Shown piece by piece: positions 12,985-25,359 of a DNA stretch of 64,000 nt (positions are counted from its first letter, which is position 1; every line of letters begins with the position of its first letter). The notes beneath the pieces were generated by a model. It was not told the origin of the DNA. It searched no databases and was given only the letters and a program-made list of their open reading frames with translations. Where the stretch lies: NCBI GenBank assembly GCA_964016885.1, contig OZ024740.1, forward strand, positions 195,734,001-195,798,000. Reading direction: 5' to 3'. This stretch comes from Eledone cirrhosa (Eukaryota). The translations under genes were made by a program, and so were the position numbers.

Positions 12985-15900
12985 TGTACAGCCACCGGAA
13001 ATAACATCTGTGAAATATCCAGCGCCATCTACCTGTTAGCTAGCTACCTCAACGTGAAACAAAAGAACCCTTAAAAGCTACCAGAATAAACGCCTACACA
13101 GCGGCTAAACATCAAACGATTATTTCTGTATAAATAGAGTGGTTCCAAACACTTCAGCAGTCGACTTTTGGCAGAGTCAGCTAGCGCATCGTTGTTCCTT
13201 TACTCTGCCACGCTTTGTCACTCACACACGCCTTGTACCTCGTATCGTCGCTTCATGTGAAAATAAATAGCTGATCGAATTTACATCTCGCCTTGCTTCG
13301 TCCTTTCAACTTGTGCTTTCGTCTGTCCATCCTCAACAGTTCTTTCAAGGGCTATATGCGACAACAGTCCTTTTAAGGGCTATCTTCAGATCTGATCAGA
13401 CCGTATGCGATAACAGTCCTTCTAAGGGCTATTCTCGGATCTGATCAGAAGTAGTGACCAGACTGACTAACCACATCGCTACAATTGGTGACCCGAACGT
13501 GAGTCGAACGCGCAACCAGACAGCACCTAAGAAAATATCAACATGGACATGTCACAAACGACATAGGCCGATATTTCAGAGCTACGGGCTATGATCAGAG
13601 AGCGGACTGGTCAAATTAAAGCCCTCTCGAATCAAGTAGAGAACTTGACCTTTCAAATACACCGGCGACGCAGCAACAGTCGATCCAGGCCATTTCACAG
13701 TCGAAGATCCAGTAGTCCCAGTCAAAATCGTGTGCCTGGCAACCTCTGCTGGTATCACACAAATTTCGGCGCACAGGCATCTAAGTGCAAAGCCCCGTGC
13801 TCTTTCCGGAATGCCACCCAGGGCCTGGCGACGACGTTCACCCCTGGTACTGAAAAGAAAAGTCGTCTATTTTTTATTAACGACAGGCATCCGTTACCTC
13901 GTGGATACAGGAGCCCAGGTTAGTGTTATTCCTGTTTCCCTAATCTCGGGCAAAAGACACCCAACCCCGTCCTTTCTGCAGGCAGTGAACCGATCGTCAA
14001 TTCCCACTTTTGGGGAAAAATCCCTGACCCTCAATTAGGGCCTGAGGCGGCGTTTTCAATGGGTGTTCGTCGTGGCAGACCTGCCGGCCCCTATCCTAGG
14101 AGCCGATTTTCTCCACCACTTCAACCTTCTGGTGGATATGAAGAACCGGAGGCTTATCGGCACCACCACAAACCTTACTGTGAGAGGTATATTTACCACG
14201 CAATCCACAGTGAGCCCTGTAATTTGCCAGTCAGAGCCTTCGCGGTACAACGGCATTCTCCAGAAATACCCAGACATCACTCGCCCGGTATTTAAGGATG
14301 GTCCCATTAAGCATAGTGTCACGCACCACATCGAGACAAGGGGACCACCCACAGCTGCCCGACCAAGGAGACTGCCTCCAGACCGATTGAGAATCGCCAA
14401 GCAGAAGTTCCAACACATGCTGGACCTCGGAATCATTCGCCCTTCCTCCAGCAACTGGTCTGCACCCCTACACCTTGTTCCTAAAAAAAACGAGAATGAT
14501 GGCGACCATGTGGGGATTATCGTGCACTTAACAATTCTACAGTACCCGATAATTACCCTGTACCTCACCTGCACGATTTTTCTGCCTCTCTGCAAGGCGC
14601 ACGCATCTTTTCCAAGGTAGATTTGGTGCGTGCATATAACCAGATACCTATGGAGCCTGCAGACATTCCGAAGACCGCAATCACAACATCGTTCGGTTTA
14701 TTCGAATTCCTGCGAATGCCGTTCAGTCTGCGCAACGCTGCACAAACTTTTCAGCGGTTTAATGCCACCATGTTACGCGATCTACCCTTCGTATACGCGT
14801 ATATTGACGACGTGCTGGTAGCAAGTACTTCCGAGCATGAACACGAGAAGCACTTAGATCTCCTTTTCCAACGTTTGGCTGAGTACGGTATCATCATCAA
14901 CCCCAGCAAGTGCCTTCTCGGCGTTCCTTCACTGTCCTTTCCCGGGCACATCATCGATAAAGACGGCATTCGTCCACTTCCCGAGAAAGTAGAAGCTATC
15001 CGCAGTTTTCCCGCACCTACATCACTTCGAAAACTGCGTGAATTCCTCGGTCTGGTAAATTTTTATAGGCGGTTCATCCCTCATTGTTCCGACGCAGCCA
15101 GACTCCTCATGGACCTTCTTCGTAACCGGACTCGCAAAAACGAAGAGATCACTCTAAACGAGGAAGAATTAACATCTTTTAACCGCCTGAAGGAAATGTT
15201 GGCAAACGCTTCCATGCTCGTTTTCCCCATGTCTGGCGCTCCTCTTTCGCTGCTAGTGGACGCATCAGACACGGAAGTTGGAGGCGTTCTACAACATGTC
15301 GACGGCGTGTGGCAACCCTTATCCCTCTTTTCTAAGCGGTTGCAACCGGCAGAAACGAAATACAGTACCTTTGGCCGCGAACTCTTGGCAACCTATCTTT
15401 CGGTTAAGCATTTTCGGCACATGCTCGAAGGATCAGATTTCGTGATCTACACGGACCATAAACCATTAGTTTATGCGTTCCGTACCAAACCTGATCGACA
15501 TTCACCGAGAGAACTCCGACACCTGGATTTTGTCTCCCAATATTCAACTGATATTCGGCATATCAAGGGATCAGACAACGTAGCAGCCGACGCCCTGTCC
15601 CGAATCCAGCTGAACGCAATACATGTGCATTCAGGCATCGACCTTCAACAGATCGCAGCTGAACAAGAGACTGACGAAGAGTTTATCAAGCTCCAAGATT
15701 CGCCATCCCTCAAGTTTCAGCAAGTTCCCATTACTTCTTCTCCGGGACAAATTTGGTGCGACCTTTCTGCCGGTCATGAACGACCGTACATAACACAGAT
15801 GCATCGTCGACAAGTTTTTTTCTGCTTTACACTGCTTGTCTCACCCGGGAATCCGGGCTACACAGAAACTCATCTCTGCTCGTTTTGTGTGGACTAACAT

Positions 15901-18340
15901 TAACAAGGACGTGCGCGACTGGTCCAGGAGCTGCATTGCCTGCCAGAAAGCCAAAATCCACAAACACATCAAAACTCCACTCGGCACATTCGCGCAACCT
16001 GATGCACGTTTTCATCATGTGCATATCGACATCGTCGGACCGCTACCACCATCACAGAACTACACACACTTGCCCACCTGCATAGATCGATTTTCTCGTT
16101 GGCCTGAGGCTTTTCCCATAAATGATACCTGAGCGGAAACAGTCGCTAAAACTTTGGTTTTACACTGGGTATCGCGTTATGGCGCCCCAGCGAAGATAAC
16201 AACGGACAGAGGACGCCAATTTGACTCCCACCTCTTCAGGGAACTGACTCGCCTGTTAGGATGTAAACATATCCGCACGACAGCTTATCACCCGGAAGCT
16301 AATGGTCTCGTGGAAAGATTCCATCGCCAATTGAAAGCTGCAATAAAAGCATATCCAGACAAGACCCACTGGTTTGAATACCTACCACTCATCCTTCTGG
16401 GCATTCGATCCACCGTTAAGGAGGAATTCGGACACACACCTGCAGAATTAGTGTACGGCACCACCCTGGTTCTACCTGGTCAGATGGTTGTTCCCATCTC
16501 TCCTCAGAATGTTCCAGACCCAGGATCATACGTACGCCGTCTTCGACAATATGTGTCTCACCTTGCACCTGCAAGCACCCGTCAACAGAACACGGTCACA
16601 CACGTACCTTCAGACATTAAAGATTGGACACACGTTTTCGTTCGAAACGACACCATCTCAGCTCATCTTCGACCTCCATATTCTGGCCCTTATCGTGTTC
16701 TAAAAAAATATCCGAAATATTTTATTCTCGATCTAGATAGTAAACAGAATTCTGTCAGCGTGGACAGATTAAAAAAAGCCATCATGGATACCGTTACAGT
16801 CTCTACACCAGAAACTCCAACAGATTGCTGTCCCAGCGAGCCACCTGTTTCATCTCCAGTCACGAGAAGTGGACGACGTGTCCATTGGCCCGCCAAGTTG
16901 GCACAATAAGTGAATTACTGTTAACCTCAAGTGATTTTCTTAATCATTCTTCGTGCAAAACATTTCCATTTTTCTTGTGTTTACTATTTCCAGTTTCAAA
17001 TACAATGAACTTTCTGCTTGAACAATTGCAACTTTTAGTGACCATGTGCTCATGTCACGAAGAACATTATTTATAATGAACATTATTTATTACAAACACT
17101 ATTTAAGAACAAACATTGCGTATAGCATTGTTTTTTCTTCTCTCTCTTGTTTTGCAAAAATTTGTATTTTTCTTGTTCTGTAACATTGATTGTGTAATTG
17201 CCATAATTTTTATATACTTACAAGGCGTGTACATATTCTGTTTTTCATGCACACTACAAAACCACGTTTGTTTCACCTTTTGGTTCATACACGGAGCAAT
17301 AGATATTTGTGTCCCTCTAACTCTTACACTACAAAATGTTTTCTCTTTGATCACGCATTTCACAAATCGCATCCTCAACACTGGCCTTCTTTTTTCACGT
17401 ACACATTCACTCAATAGCTCGAGAATGCCTCGCTATTTTTTTTTACCACATGCATTCGCTCAAGTCATATGCTGTGGAGCAAACTGTTACTTTTAGGCAT
17501 GCTTACGGCCATTCAGTTCACACATTACGGTTATCTTCACTGCCCAGTTAGACTTTTTGTCACGCAATTCACAGACAACTCAACCCAAATTGCAACAGGC
17601 TCATTCATCACGCCTGCATAAATCTGGTCAAAGTCATTTTATAGTTTATTTCTTTTTTCTCTTCCTGACACACACATCTTGCCATATCATCTCTACATCG
17701 ACTCTGTCCTGTACTCGATGATCACAACATTTCACAACGTGCTGGACACTCCTGGGGCTATTGTCATGACAAATGCACCACTGGCCAATTACTATACGAT
17801 ATTTCGCTCTTTTGTTGTACAAAAGATCTGGCAGGGGACTAATGTACAGCCACCGGAAATAACATCTGTGAAATATACAGCGCCATCTACATGTTAGCTA
17901 GCTACCTCAACATGAAACAAAAGAACCCTTAAAAGCTACCAGAATAAACGCCTACACAGCGGCTAAACATCAAACGATTATTTCTGTATAAATAGAGTGG
18001 TTCCAAACACTTCAGCAATCGACTTTTGGCAGAGTCAGCTAGCGCATCGTTGTTCCTTTACTCTGCCACGCTTTGTCACTCACACACGCCTTGTACCTCG
18101 TATCGTCGCTTCATGTGAAAATAAATAGCTGATCGAATTTACATCTCGCCTTGCTTCGTCCTTTCAACTTGTGCTTTCGTCTGTCCATCTCAACAGTTCT
18201 TTTAAGGGCTATATGCGACAACAGCCCTTTTAAGGGCTATCTTCAGATCTGATCAGACCGTATGCGATAACAGTCCTTCTAAGGGCTATTCTCGGATCTG
18301 ATCAGAAGTAGTGACCAGACTGACTAACCACGTCGCTACA
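12985..18340 (+). mobile_element. Gypsy LTR retrotransposon with both LTRs, gag largely deleted, pol frameshifted
   Basis: LTRs 12985-13483 and 17843-18340 (TG...CA; ~7 substitutions and 1 indel counted by eye). 4-bp TSD GACG. PBS-like TGGTGACCCG at 13486 and PPT GGCAGGGGA at ~17830. Confidence 0.96.
13545..16909 (+). pseudogene. Gypsy gag remnant and pol (protease, RT, RNase H, integrase)
   Basis: Gag C-terminal CWYHxxFGxxAxKCxxPC, protease LVDTGA and ILGADFL, RT YIDD, RNase H DAS/ERELLA-like/TDHKPL/ADALSR, integrase HPG..Cxx[23 protein letters not shown]. Multiple stops and frameshifts. Confidence 0.93.
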
Positions 18341-18972
18341 GACGTTTCCCCCGGAAAGCGAAAACCCTAATCCTAAACCTAACCTTATCCCTAATCCGGG
18401 TTAAGTCTATTGCAAGCATCTACAAGGTCCAGATAAAAAAAATCGAAGAAAGAGGTGCCCCAGCATGGCCTCAGCCGGATGGCTGGAACAGGTAAAAGAG
18501 TAAAAATTATTTTCCACCAAAGGCAAGAGTTGTGTATGAAGCGAAAGAAGTTAGCAAGTGTTGTCAGAGGTAAAATAACACGACAAATTAAATAATTTCG
18601 TTTAAATATAAAATTTACTTCACTTCAGTGAATAAAAGAACAAAGAATAAGATTACTAAAAAATAATAGAAATTGACGATGTTTTTGCTGTTATTTCGTT
18701 ATGTTGAAATAGTGTGTGACAAGATATCGTTCGTTAGTCGTAGCACAGTAGCCGTAGCAGCAAGGTAGCAGTCAAAGATCACTGACAAGAGAAGGTGAGT
18801 CTGTACCCCAAGAGGTCTATCGTTACTTTATCAGGAACTGCATTTTGCCTGGTCTAAGACAGGCTTCCTCTGTACCTTGTCTTGAGAACTACCGAGGTGG
18901 CCCCGAGAGATCGTCCACGCATATACTTGTTTACGCCAAAAAGGAGGTAACCCAGAATTTGACTGTTAAATG

Positions 18973-20633
18973 GGTACTACAACGCTATTAGCTGTCAGTC
19001 CAAGCAGCCGATGGAAACAGGCGAAGGTGACGTCACTCGTCAAACATCGTTTATTTCCGTATTACTACCACGCGTAAGTGGAGTTTTCACGCATTTTTTG
19101 GAGAGAAAGAGAGGTGGAAGTGAGAGGGAAGACTTAAAAGGGCCAAATTAGAAAACAGATAGAAAACAAGTCATGGTTATAAAGCATATCGATGAAAGTG
19201 GAGTTACTTAAATGAAAATATAGGTGGCCCTTAAAAGGGCCAAATTAGAAAACAAATTTAAGTTAATTAGAAAACAAGTCATGGTTATCAAATAAATTTG
19301 ATTTATTCATTTATATTTTCATTATTCACCAACCTTATTCAAAAGCATGTTTAGAAACATTTTTTTCACCAACCTTATTCAAATGTATGGAATCAGATGA
19401 CGGATATGTTCTAATAACTTTTGGAAAATTTCTCCTTTAAATTCATACCGCCACATGAATTCAATGAGATGGGTTTGAAGCAAATTTCTGGCTGTCCCAT
19501 TTTCCTTTTTATTCCTATTTTTTACGTGTTTCCACAAGCATTCTATGTGATTCATTGTGGCAAATGTTACCGGATCAACAAAATTGATCAAATGGTTCAC
19601 CGTCAAATGTTGATAGCCTAGCTGATCGATCGTATTATAGGAACACCATAGATCAGATATTATGGTTGTCCCTGGCAATATACGATCCTGTATAATGGTT
19701 AAAAGTGTCTCCGCTGTCCTGTCTTCTACTGCTACTAAAATACATCTTCTGGTACTTCTTTCCAAAGCACCAAAAACCCAGTGTTTTCACAGAATGGCCA
19801 CGATGGTATTTCCTTCTCACGAATGCGCTTTCATCAATCTCGACAATTCGGTTTGGCCCGCCAAGCTTAATGTTTTGTGCCACATGGTACTCTGCACATA
19901 CATCACAGCAAAAATTTCGCCAATCTGCTACAGCCACATTCTCCTGAAATCTTCTTTTGCCCCAAAATATAATATATCAACTATTTGTTCACACTTCAAA
20001 TTGCTATTTTCTAAAAATGCGCCTTTTCGAATAGAAACCTGTTTTCTACATGGTCTTTTACATGACCAGATAATCCCATCTGACACATTTTGTTTCGCTA
20101 CTTCCAACATACGTTGACCACATGAAGGGCAGACCTCTTGTGTATTCAGAAGACCTTGAATTTTCAACCAATTGACGGTATCTACTGTAGTAGCGGTAGC
20201 AATGGTTAATTCCCTTAACACTTGGATATATTATAGAACTCATTTTTCAACTTGCAGATGCGTGTATTATCACAAAGTGAAGATTAAAGTTTATTTATTT
20301 ACGTGGTATTGGTGATGATTGTTGCTGATTGGTGGGGATTGTCTCCATGGAGACTGTCGCTTGTCTCCATGGGCACTGTATCCATGCTTTTGAATAAGGT
20401 TGGTGAAAATAATTTGTTTTCTAAACATTTCTTCATAAATATATAGGGTTGGTGAAAAAAATTTGATAATCATAATTTGGCCCTTTTAAGGGCCACCTAT
20501 ATTTTCATTTAAGTTAACTCCACTGTTGGTGAAAATGACTTGTTTTTTATATTGATAACCATAACTATGAATATATGTGACGTCATTCATCAACCTTCCC
20601 CTACTTTCACTTCTGACAGCTAATACCATGAAC
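18973..20633 (-). mobile_element. Merlin (IS1016/IS1595-like) DNA transposon
   Basis: Transposase inside inverted repeats: 19198-19247 versus 20473-20523 (ggtggcccttaaaagggccaaatta), and tattagctgtcag versus ctgacagctaata near the ends. The left terminus begins GGTACTAC. The right terminus is imprecise. Confidence 0.85.
19379..20243 (-). pseudogene. Merlin/ISXO2-like DDE transposase, frameshifted
   Basis: N-terminal CPSC...WSC..PC zinc ribbon, VEIDESAFxRRKYHRG, ILPGTTIISDxWxSY, HLTVNH..FVDP and NHIECLW, spread over three frames. Confidence 0.9.
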
Positions 20634-20978
20634 TGTATTTTAATGGGATCTTCTGAAACTAAAGAAAAATCAATTTGTGAATGCAGAAGTAAATATTTCG
20701 AAAAACGTTGCAACCGAAGGAAGACAGCAAGACGATACTTTGGTTCATGGAGACGTAGTTTTAGGTATTTCTTCCTGCTTGGTACGGGTATGTTCTTTGT
20801 AGAAATATTCAGATGTTTCTGCATGATCAATATAAGTCAATAGAGTACTCAATCAAGGGAGCCAAATAGTAATAATAATAAATTTGAAGACTAACATCCA
20901 AAGAGGGCTCGATAAGGATAAATATATATCAAATATATAAGAACCGTAGAGCAAATATTTATTAAAATAACAGATTAA

Positions 20979-21030
20979 AGTTTAAGCAAAGAATCGGCTG
21001 CTTTCACCCTTAATGGGATCTTCAGAAACT
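20979..21030 (-). ncRNA. Type I hammerhead-ribozyme-like motif (probable Penelope pLTR remnant)
   Basis: AGTTT-CTGAAGA-T CCC ATTAA GGG T-GAA-AGCA..TGCT-T-AAACT: stems I, II and III and the core are present, with a CUU cleavage triplet. Confidence 0.55.
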
Positions 21031-21181
21031 AAAAAAAAATCAATCTGTGAACGCAGAAATAAATATTTTTAAGCCGACCTTTCCCAATTGCACCTCTCAA
21101 GGGCAATGACACACAACCATGACCTCTGGCATCACACAGTAATACAGAAGACCCGACTTTCCACAAGAACATATAGACAAA

Positions 21182-24060
21182 AATGTGCTGTGGTGTGCTT
21201 TGTTGTAAGTGAGGATTTAAATTTCCACTTTGATTTATGTTAGAAAAAAAATGTTTCCTTCATTTTTGCATGTGCTATCAACTTCCAAGATGCTCGGAGT
21301 GGACTATGCTTTTAGCATATTAACAAAAAATACGACTTCCCCTGCAATAAAAAATGACTAGCTTTGTAAATGGTATTTCCACCCACATCCTCCCTCTTTT
21401 TTCTACAAAGCTAGTCATTTTCATCAGGTTTCCATGTCATAACCATTGATAATATGTGCATATAATTGTAATTTGCGAGCACCATTTATGTCAAATTGGG
21501 TGGTAAGCACGAAAAAAAAAAAAAAAAATGCCAGATGAAAATTTGTCACACTAAAATCAATATCTTGGTGTGATGTAGTATGGTGTGGTTTGGTGAAGTT
21601 TCTACAAAGATAGTCATTTTCGACAGGTTTCCATGTCAATTATTGATAAGTGGAAAAAATATAGTCAATTGGGAGCACCTTTAATGTCAGATTGGGTGGT
21701 AAGCACACACACGAAAAAAAAAAAAAACGTGAAGAAAATGTTTCAGACCAAGATCAATAGCTTGGTGTGATGTAGTATGGTGTAGTTTGGTGAAGTTATG
21801 AAATGGAAACCAATTGTAAACGATAGATTCCCATGTCATATTCATTGATAATGTGTGTGAAAATAGTCATTTGCAAGCACCTTTGATGTTAGATTGAGGT
21901 GGTAATCACAAAAAAAAAAAAGCAGCTAGCAAATTTGTCACATTGATCTCCATACCATGGTGTGATGTAAATGGTAGGAGTAGGTGTTTTGTAATAAATT
22001 TACCATATAGTGAAGTATGGTTATGGTATGGATCGGGGTAGATTAATGTGCTGTGGTGTGCTTTGTTATAAGTGAGGATTTAAATTTCCACTTTGATTTA
22101 GGTTAGAAAAAAAATGTTTCCTTCATTTTTGCATGTGCTATCAACTTCCAAGATGCTCGGAGTGGACTATGCTTTTAGCATATTAACAAAAAATACGACT
22201 TCCCCTGCAATAAAAAATGACTAGCTTTGTAAATGGTATTTCCACCCACATCCTCCCTCTTTTTTCTACAAAGCTAGTCATTTTCATCAGGTTTCCATGT
22301 CATAACCATTGATAATATGTGCATATAATTGTAATTTGCGAGCACCATTTATGTCAAATTGGGTGGTAAGCACGAAAAAAAAAAAAAAAAATGCCAGATG
22401 AAAATTTGTCACACTAAAATCAATATCTTGGTGTGATGTAGTATGGTGTGGTTTGGTGAAGTTTCTACAAAGATAGTCATTTTCGACAGGTTTCCATGTC
22501 AATTATTGATAAGTGGAAAAAATATAGTCAATTGGGAGCACCTTTAATGTCAGATTGGGTGGTAAGCACACACACACACACGAAAAAAAAAAAAACGGGA
22601 AGAAAATGTTTCAGACCAAGATCAATAGCTTGGTGTGATGTAGTATGGTGTAGTTTGGTGAAGTTATGAAATGGAAACCAATTGTAAACGATAGATTCCC
22701 ATGTCATATTCATTGATAATGTGTGTGAAAATAGTCATTTGCAAGCACCTTTGATGTTAGATTGAGGTGGTAATCACAAAAAAAAAAAAGCAGCTAGCAA
22801 ATTTGTCACATTGATCTCCATACCATGGTGTGATGTAAATGGTAGGAGTAGGTGTTTTGTAATAAATTTACCATATAGTGAAGTATGGTTATGGTGTGGA
22901 TCGGGGTAGATTAATGTGCTGTGGTGTGCTTTGTTATAAGTGAGGATTTAAATTTCCACTTTGATTTATGTTAGAAAAAAAATTTTTCCTTCATTTTTGC
23001 ATGTGCTATCAACTTCCAAGATGCTCGCAGCGGACTATGCTTTTAGCATATTAACAAAAAATACGACTTGCCCTGCAATAAAAAATGACTAGCTTTGTAA
23101 ATGGTATTTCCACCCACATCCTCCCTCTTTTTTCTACAAAGCTAGTCATTTTCATCAGGTTTCCATGTCATAACCATTGATAATATGTGCATAAAATAGT
23201 AATTTGCGAGCACCATTTACGTCAAATTGGGTGGTAAGCACAAAAAAATAAAAAATAAAAAAATAAAAAAAATTGGCAGAGGAAAATTTGTCACACCAAA
23301 ATCAATATCTTGGTGTGATGTAATATGGTGTGGTTTGGTGAAGTTTCTACAAAGATAGTCCTTTTCGACAGGTTTCCATGTCATAATTATTGATAAGTGG
23401 AAAAAAAATAGTCAATTAGGAGCACCTTTAATGTCTGATTGGGTGGTAAGCACACACACACAAACAAAAAAAAAAACGGGAAGAAAATGTTTCAGACCAA
23501 GATCAAGAGCTTGGTGTGATGTAGTATGGTGGTACTTGGTTTGGTGTGGTTTGGTGAAGTTATGAAATGGAAACCAATTGTAAACGATAGATTCCCATGT
23601 CATATTCATTGATAATGTGTGGGAAAATAGTCATTTGTAAGCACCTTTGATGTAAGTTTGACGTGGTAACCACAAAAAAAAAAAAAGCAGGGAGCAAATT
23701 GTTCACATTGATCTCCATACCATGGTGTGATGTAAATGGTAGGAGTAGGTGTTTTGTAATAAATTTACCATATAGTGAAGTATGGTTATGGTGTGGATTG
23801 GGGTAGATTAATGTGCTGTGGTGTGCTTTGTTATAAGTGAGGATTTAAATTTCCACTTTGATTTATGTTAGAAAAAAAATGTTTCCTTCATTTTTGCATG
23901 TGCTATCAACTTCCAAGATGCTCGCAGCGGACTATGCTTTTAGCATATTAACAAAAAATATGACTTTCGCTGCAATAAAAAAATGACTAGCTTTGTAAAT
24001 GGTATTTCCACCCACATCCTCCCTCTTTTTTCTACAAAGCTAGTCATTTTTCACAGTTTT
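21182..24060. repeat. Tandem array of ~863-897 bp units (3 full plus a partial)
   Basis: Unit starts aatgtgctgtggtgtgc at 21182, 22045, 22913 and 23810. Identical ORFs occur at 21424 and 22287. Units are mosaics of foldback-arm fragments and GTGTG-type tracts. An outlying fragment lies at ~49600-49890. Confidence 0.95.
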
Positions 24061-24522
24061 CCATGTCATAATTATAGATAATATGTGCGAAAAATAATCA
24101 ATTGCAGCACCTTTGATGTCAGATTGGGTGGTAAGAACACACACAAAAAAAATAAAGAAGCAGGAAGAAAATTTTTCACACTGAGATCAAAAGCATGGTG
24201 TGATGTAGAATGGTGTAGTTTGTTATGGTGTGGTTTGGATTGTTGTAGTTATGACATGGGAACCTATTGCAAATGATAGGTTTCCATGTTATATACATTG
24301 ATAATGTGTAAAAAAATAGTCATTTGTGAGCACCTTTGATATCAGATTGGGTGGTAAGCACACACACACAGAAAAAAAAAACAGGAAGAAAAATGTTCTC
24401 ACTGCGATTAATAGCATGGTGTGATGTAGTATGGTGTAGTTTGGTATGGTGTAGTTTGATGTAGTTTAATGTGGTGTGGTTTTCTAACCTCCAACATGCT
24501 CACAGCCAACTATGCTTTTACC

Positions 24523-24834
24523 ATCATCATCATCATTTTACGTCCACTTTTCCCTGCTTGCAAGGGTGGGACGGGATCTGATTCTGGCTTGATTTCTACA
24601 GCTGGATGCCCTTCCTAACACCAACCTCATTTACAGTGAGTGCTGGGTGGTTTTTGCCGTGGCACCTACACGACCATATTGCAGTAAATGATAGGGACCC
24701 CTACAGCTGAGTAGACTGGAGCAATGTGAAATAAAGTCTTGCTCAAGGAAACAACACACCACCTGGTCTGAGAATTGAACTCACAACCTTTCGATTGCAA
24801 GGCCACTGCTCTAACCACTAAGCCATGTGCCTCC
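24523..24834 (-). mobile_element. tRNA-derived CORE-type SINE with an RTE-like 3' tail
   Basis: Head GGAGGCACATGGCTTAGTGGTTAGAG...GAGTTCAATTCTC, core TCCTTGAGCAAGAC...TTGCTCCAGT, tail GTTAGGAAGGGCATCCAG...GGACGTAAAATGATGATG. A second copy lies at 35251-35564. Confidence 0.8.
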
Positions 24835-25359
24835 ATTACCATATTAACAACAAATATGACTTTCACTGCAATCAAAAATGACAAGCTTTGTGAATGGTAT
24901 TTCCACCCACTTTCCGCCCTCTTTTTTCTACAAAGCTAGTCATTTTCAACAGGTTTCAAAGTCTTCATTGATAATATGTGCAAAAAATAGTTAATCGCAA
25001 ACACTTTTAATGTCAGATTGGGTGGTAAGCACACACAAAAAAAGACAAAAAAAGCAGGAAGAAAATTTTTCACACTGAGTTCAATAGCATGGTGTGATGT
25101 AGTATGGTGTAGTTTGTTATGGTGTGGTTTGGTTTGGTTTAGTTTGGGATGGTTTAGTTTGGTGTAGTTATAACATGGAAACCTATCATAAATTTACCAA
25201 GGTATGGTATAATCTGGTTTGGTGTAGTGTAGGTTAGTGTGGTGTGGTATGTTATTGTGTTGCATCGTATAGCGTGATTCTCTTTAAAATGTAATGCCTA
25301 TCTTCTATATCTTAAAGAGTGACCTTAAATGTGATTGCAAATGACTTTTTTCTCTGGAT

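Larger units (their letters stand above)
12110..18650. mobile_element. Degenerate foldback (long inverted-repeat) element, interrupted by the Gypsy insertion
   Basis: Left ctgaagtgaagtaaa / atttgtcgtgtt / ctggacctcttagatgcttgcaat (12769-12979) is mirrored on the right by attgcaagcatctacaaggtccag / aacacgacaaat / tttacttcacttcag (18408-18628). Short spacer ccctaatcctaaacctaacc. 12110-12300 resembles the outer arm of the 32414 copy. Confidence 0.7.

Noticed and set aside
16910-17842. Possible env or extra ORF in the Gypsy 3' region
   Set aside because: Only short T-rich ORFs with no recognisable motifs. Treated as 3' UTR.
19379-20243. Bacterial IS1595 contamination or horizontal transfer
   Set aside because: The eukaryotic Merlin superfamily explains the similarity. 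The element is embedded in host repeats and has a local non-autonomous derivative.
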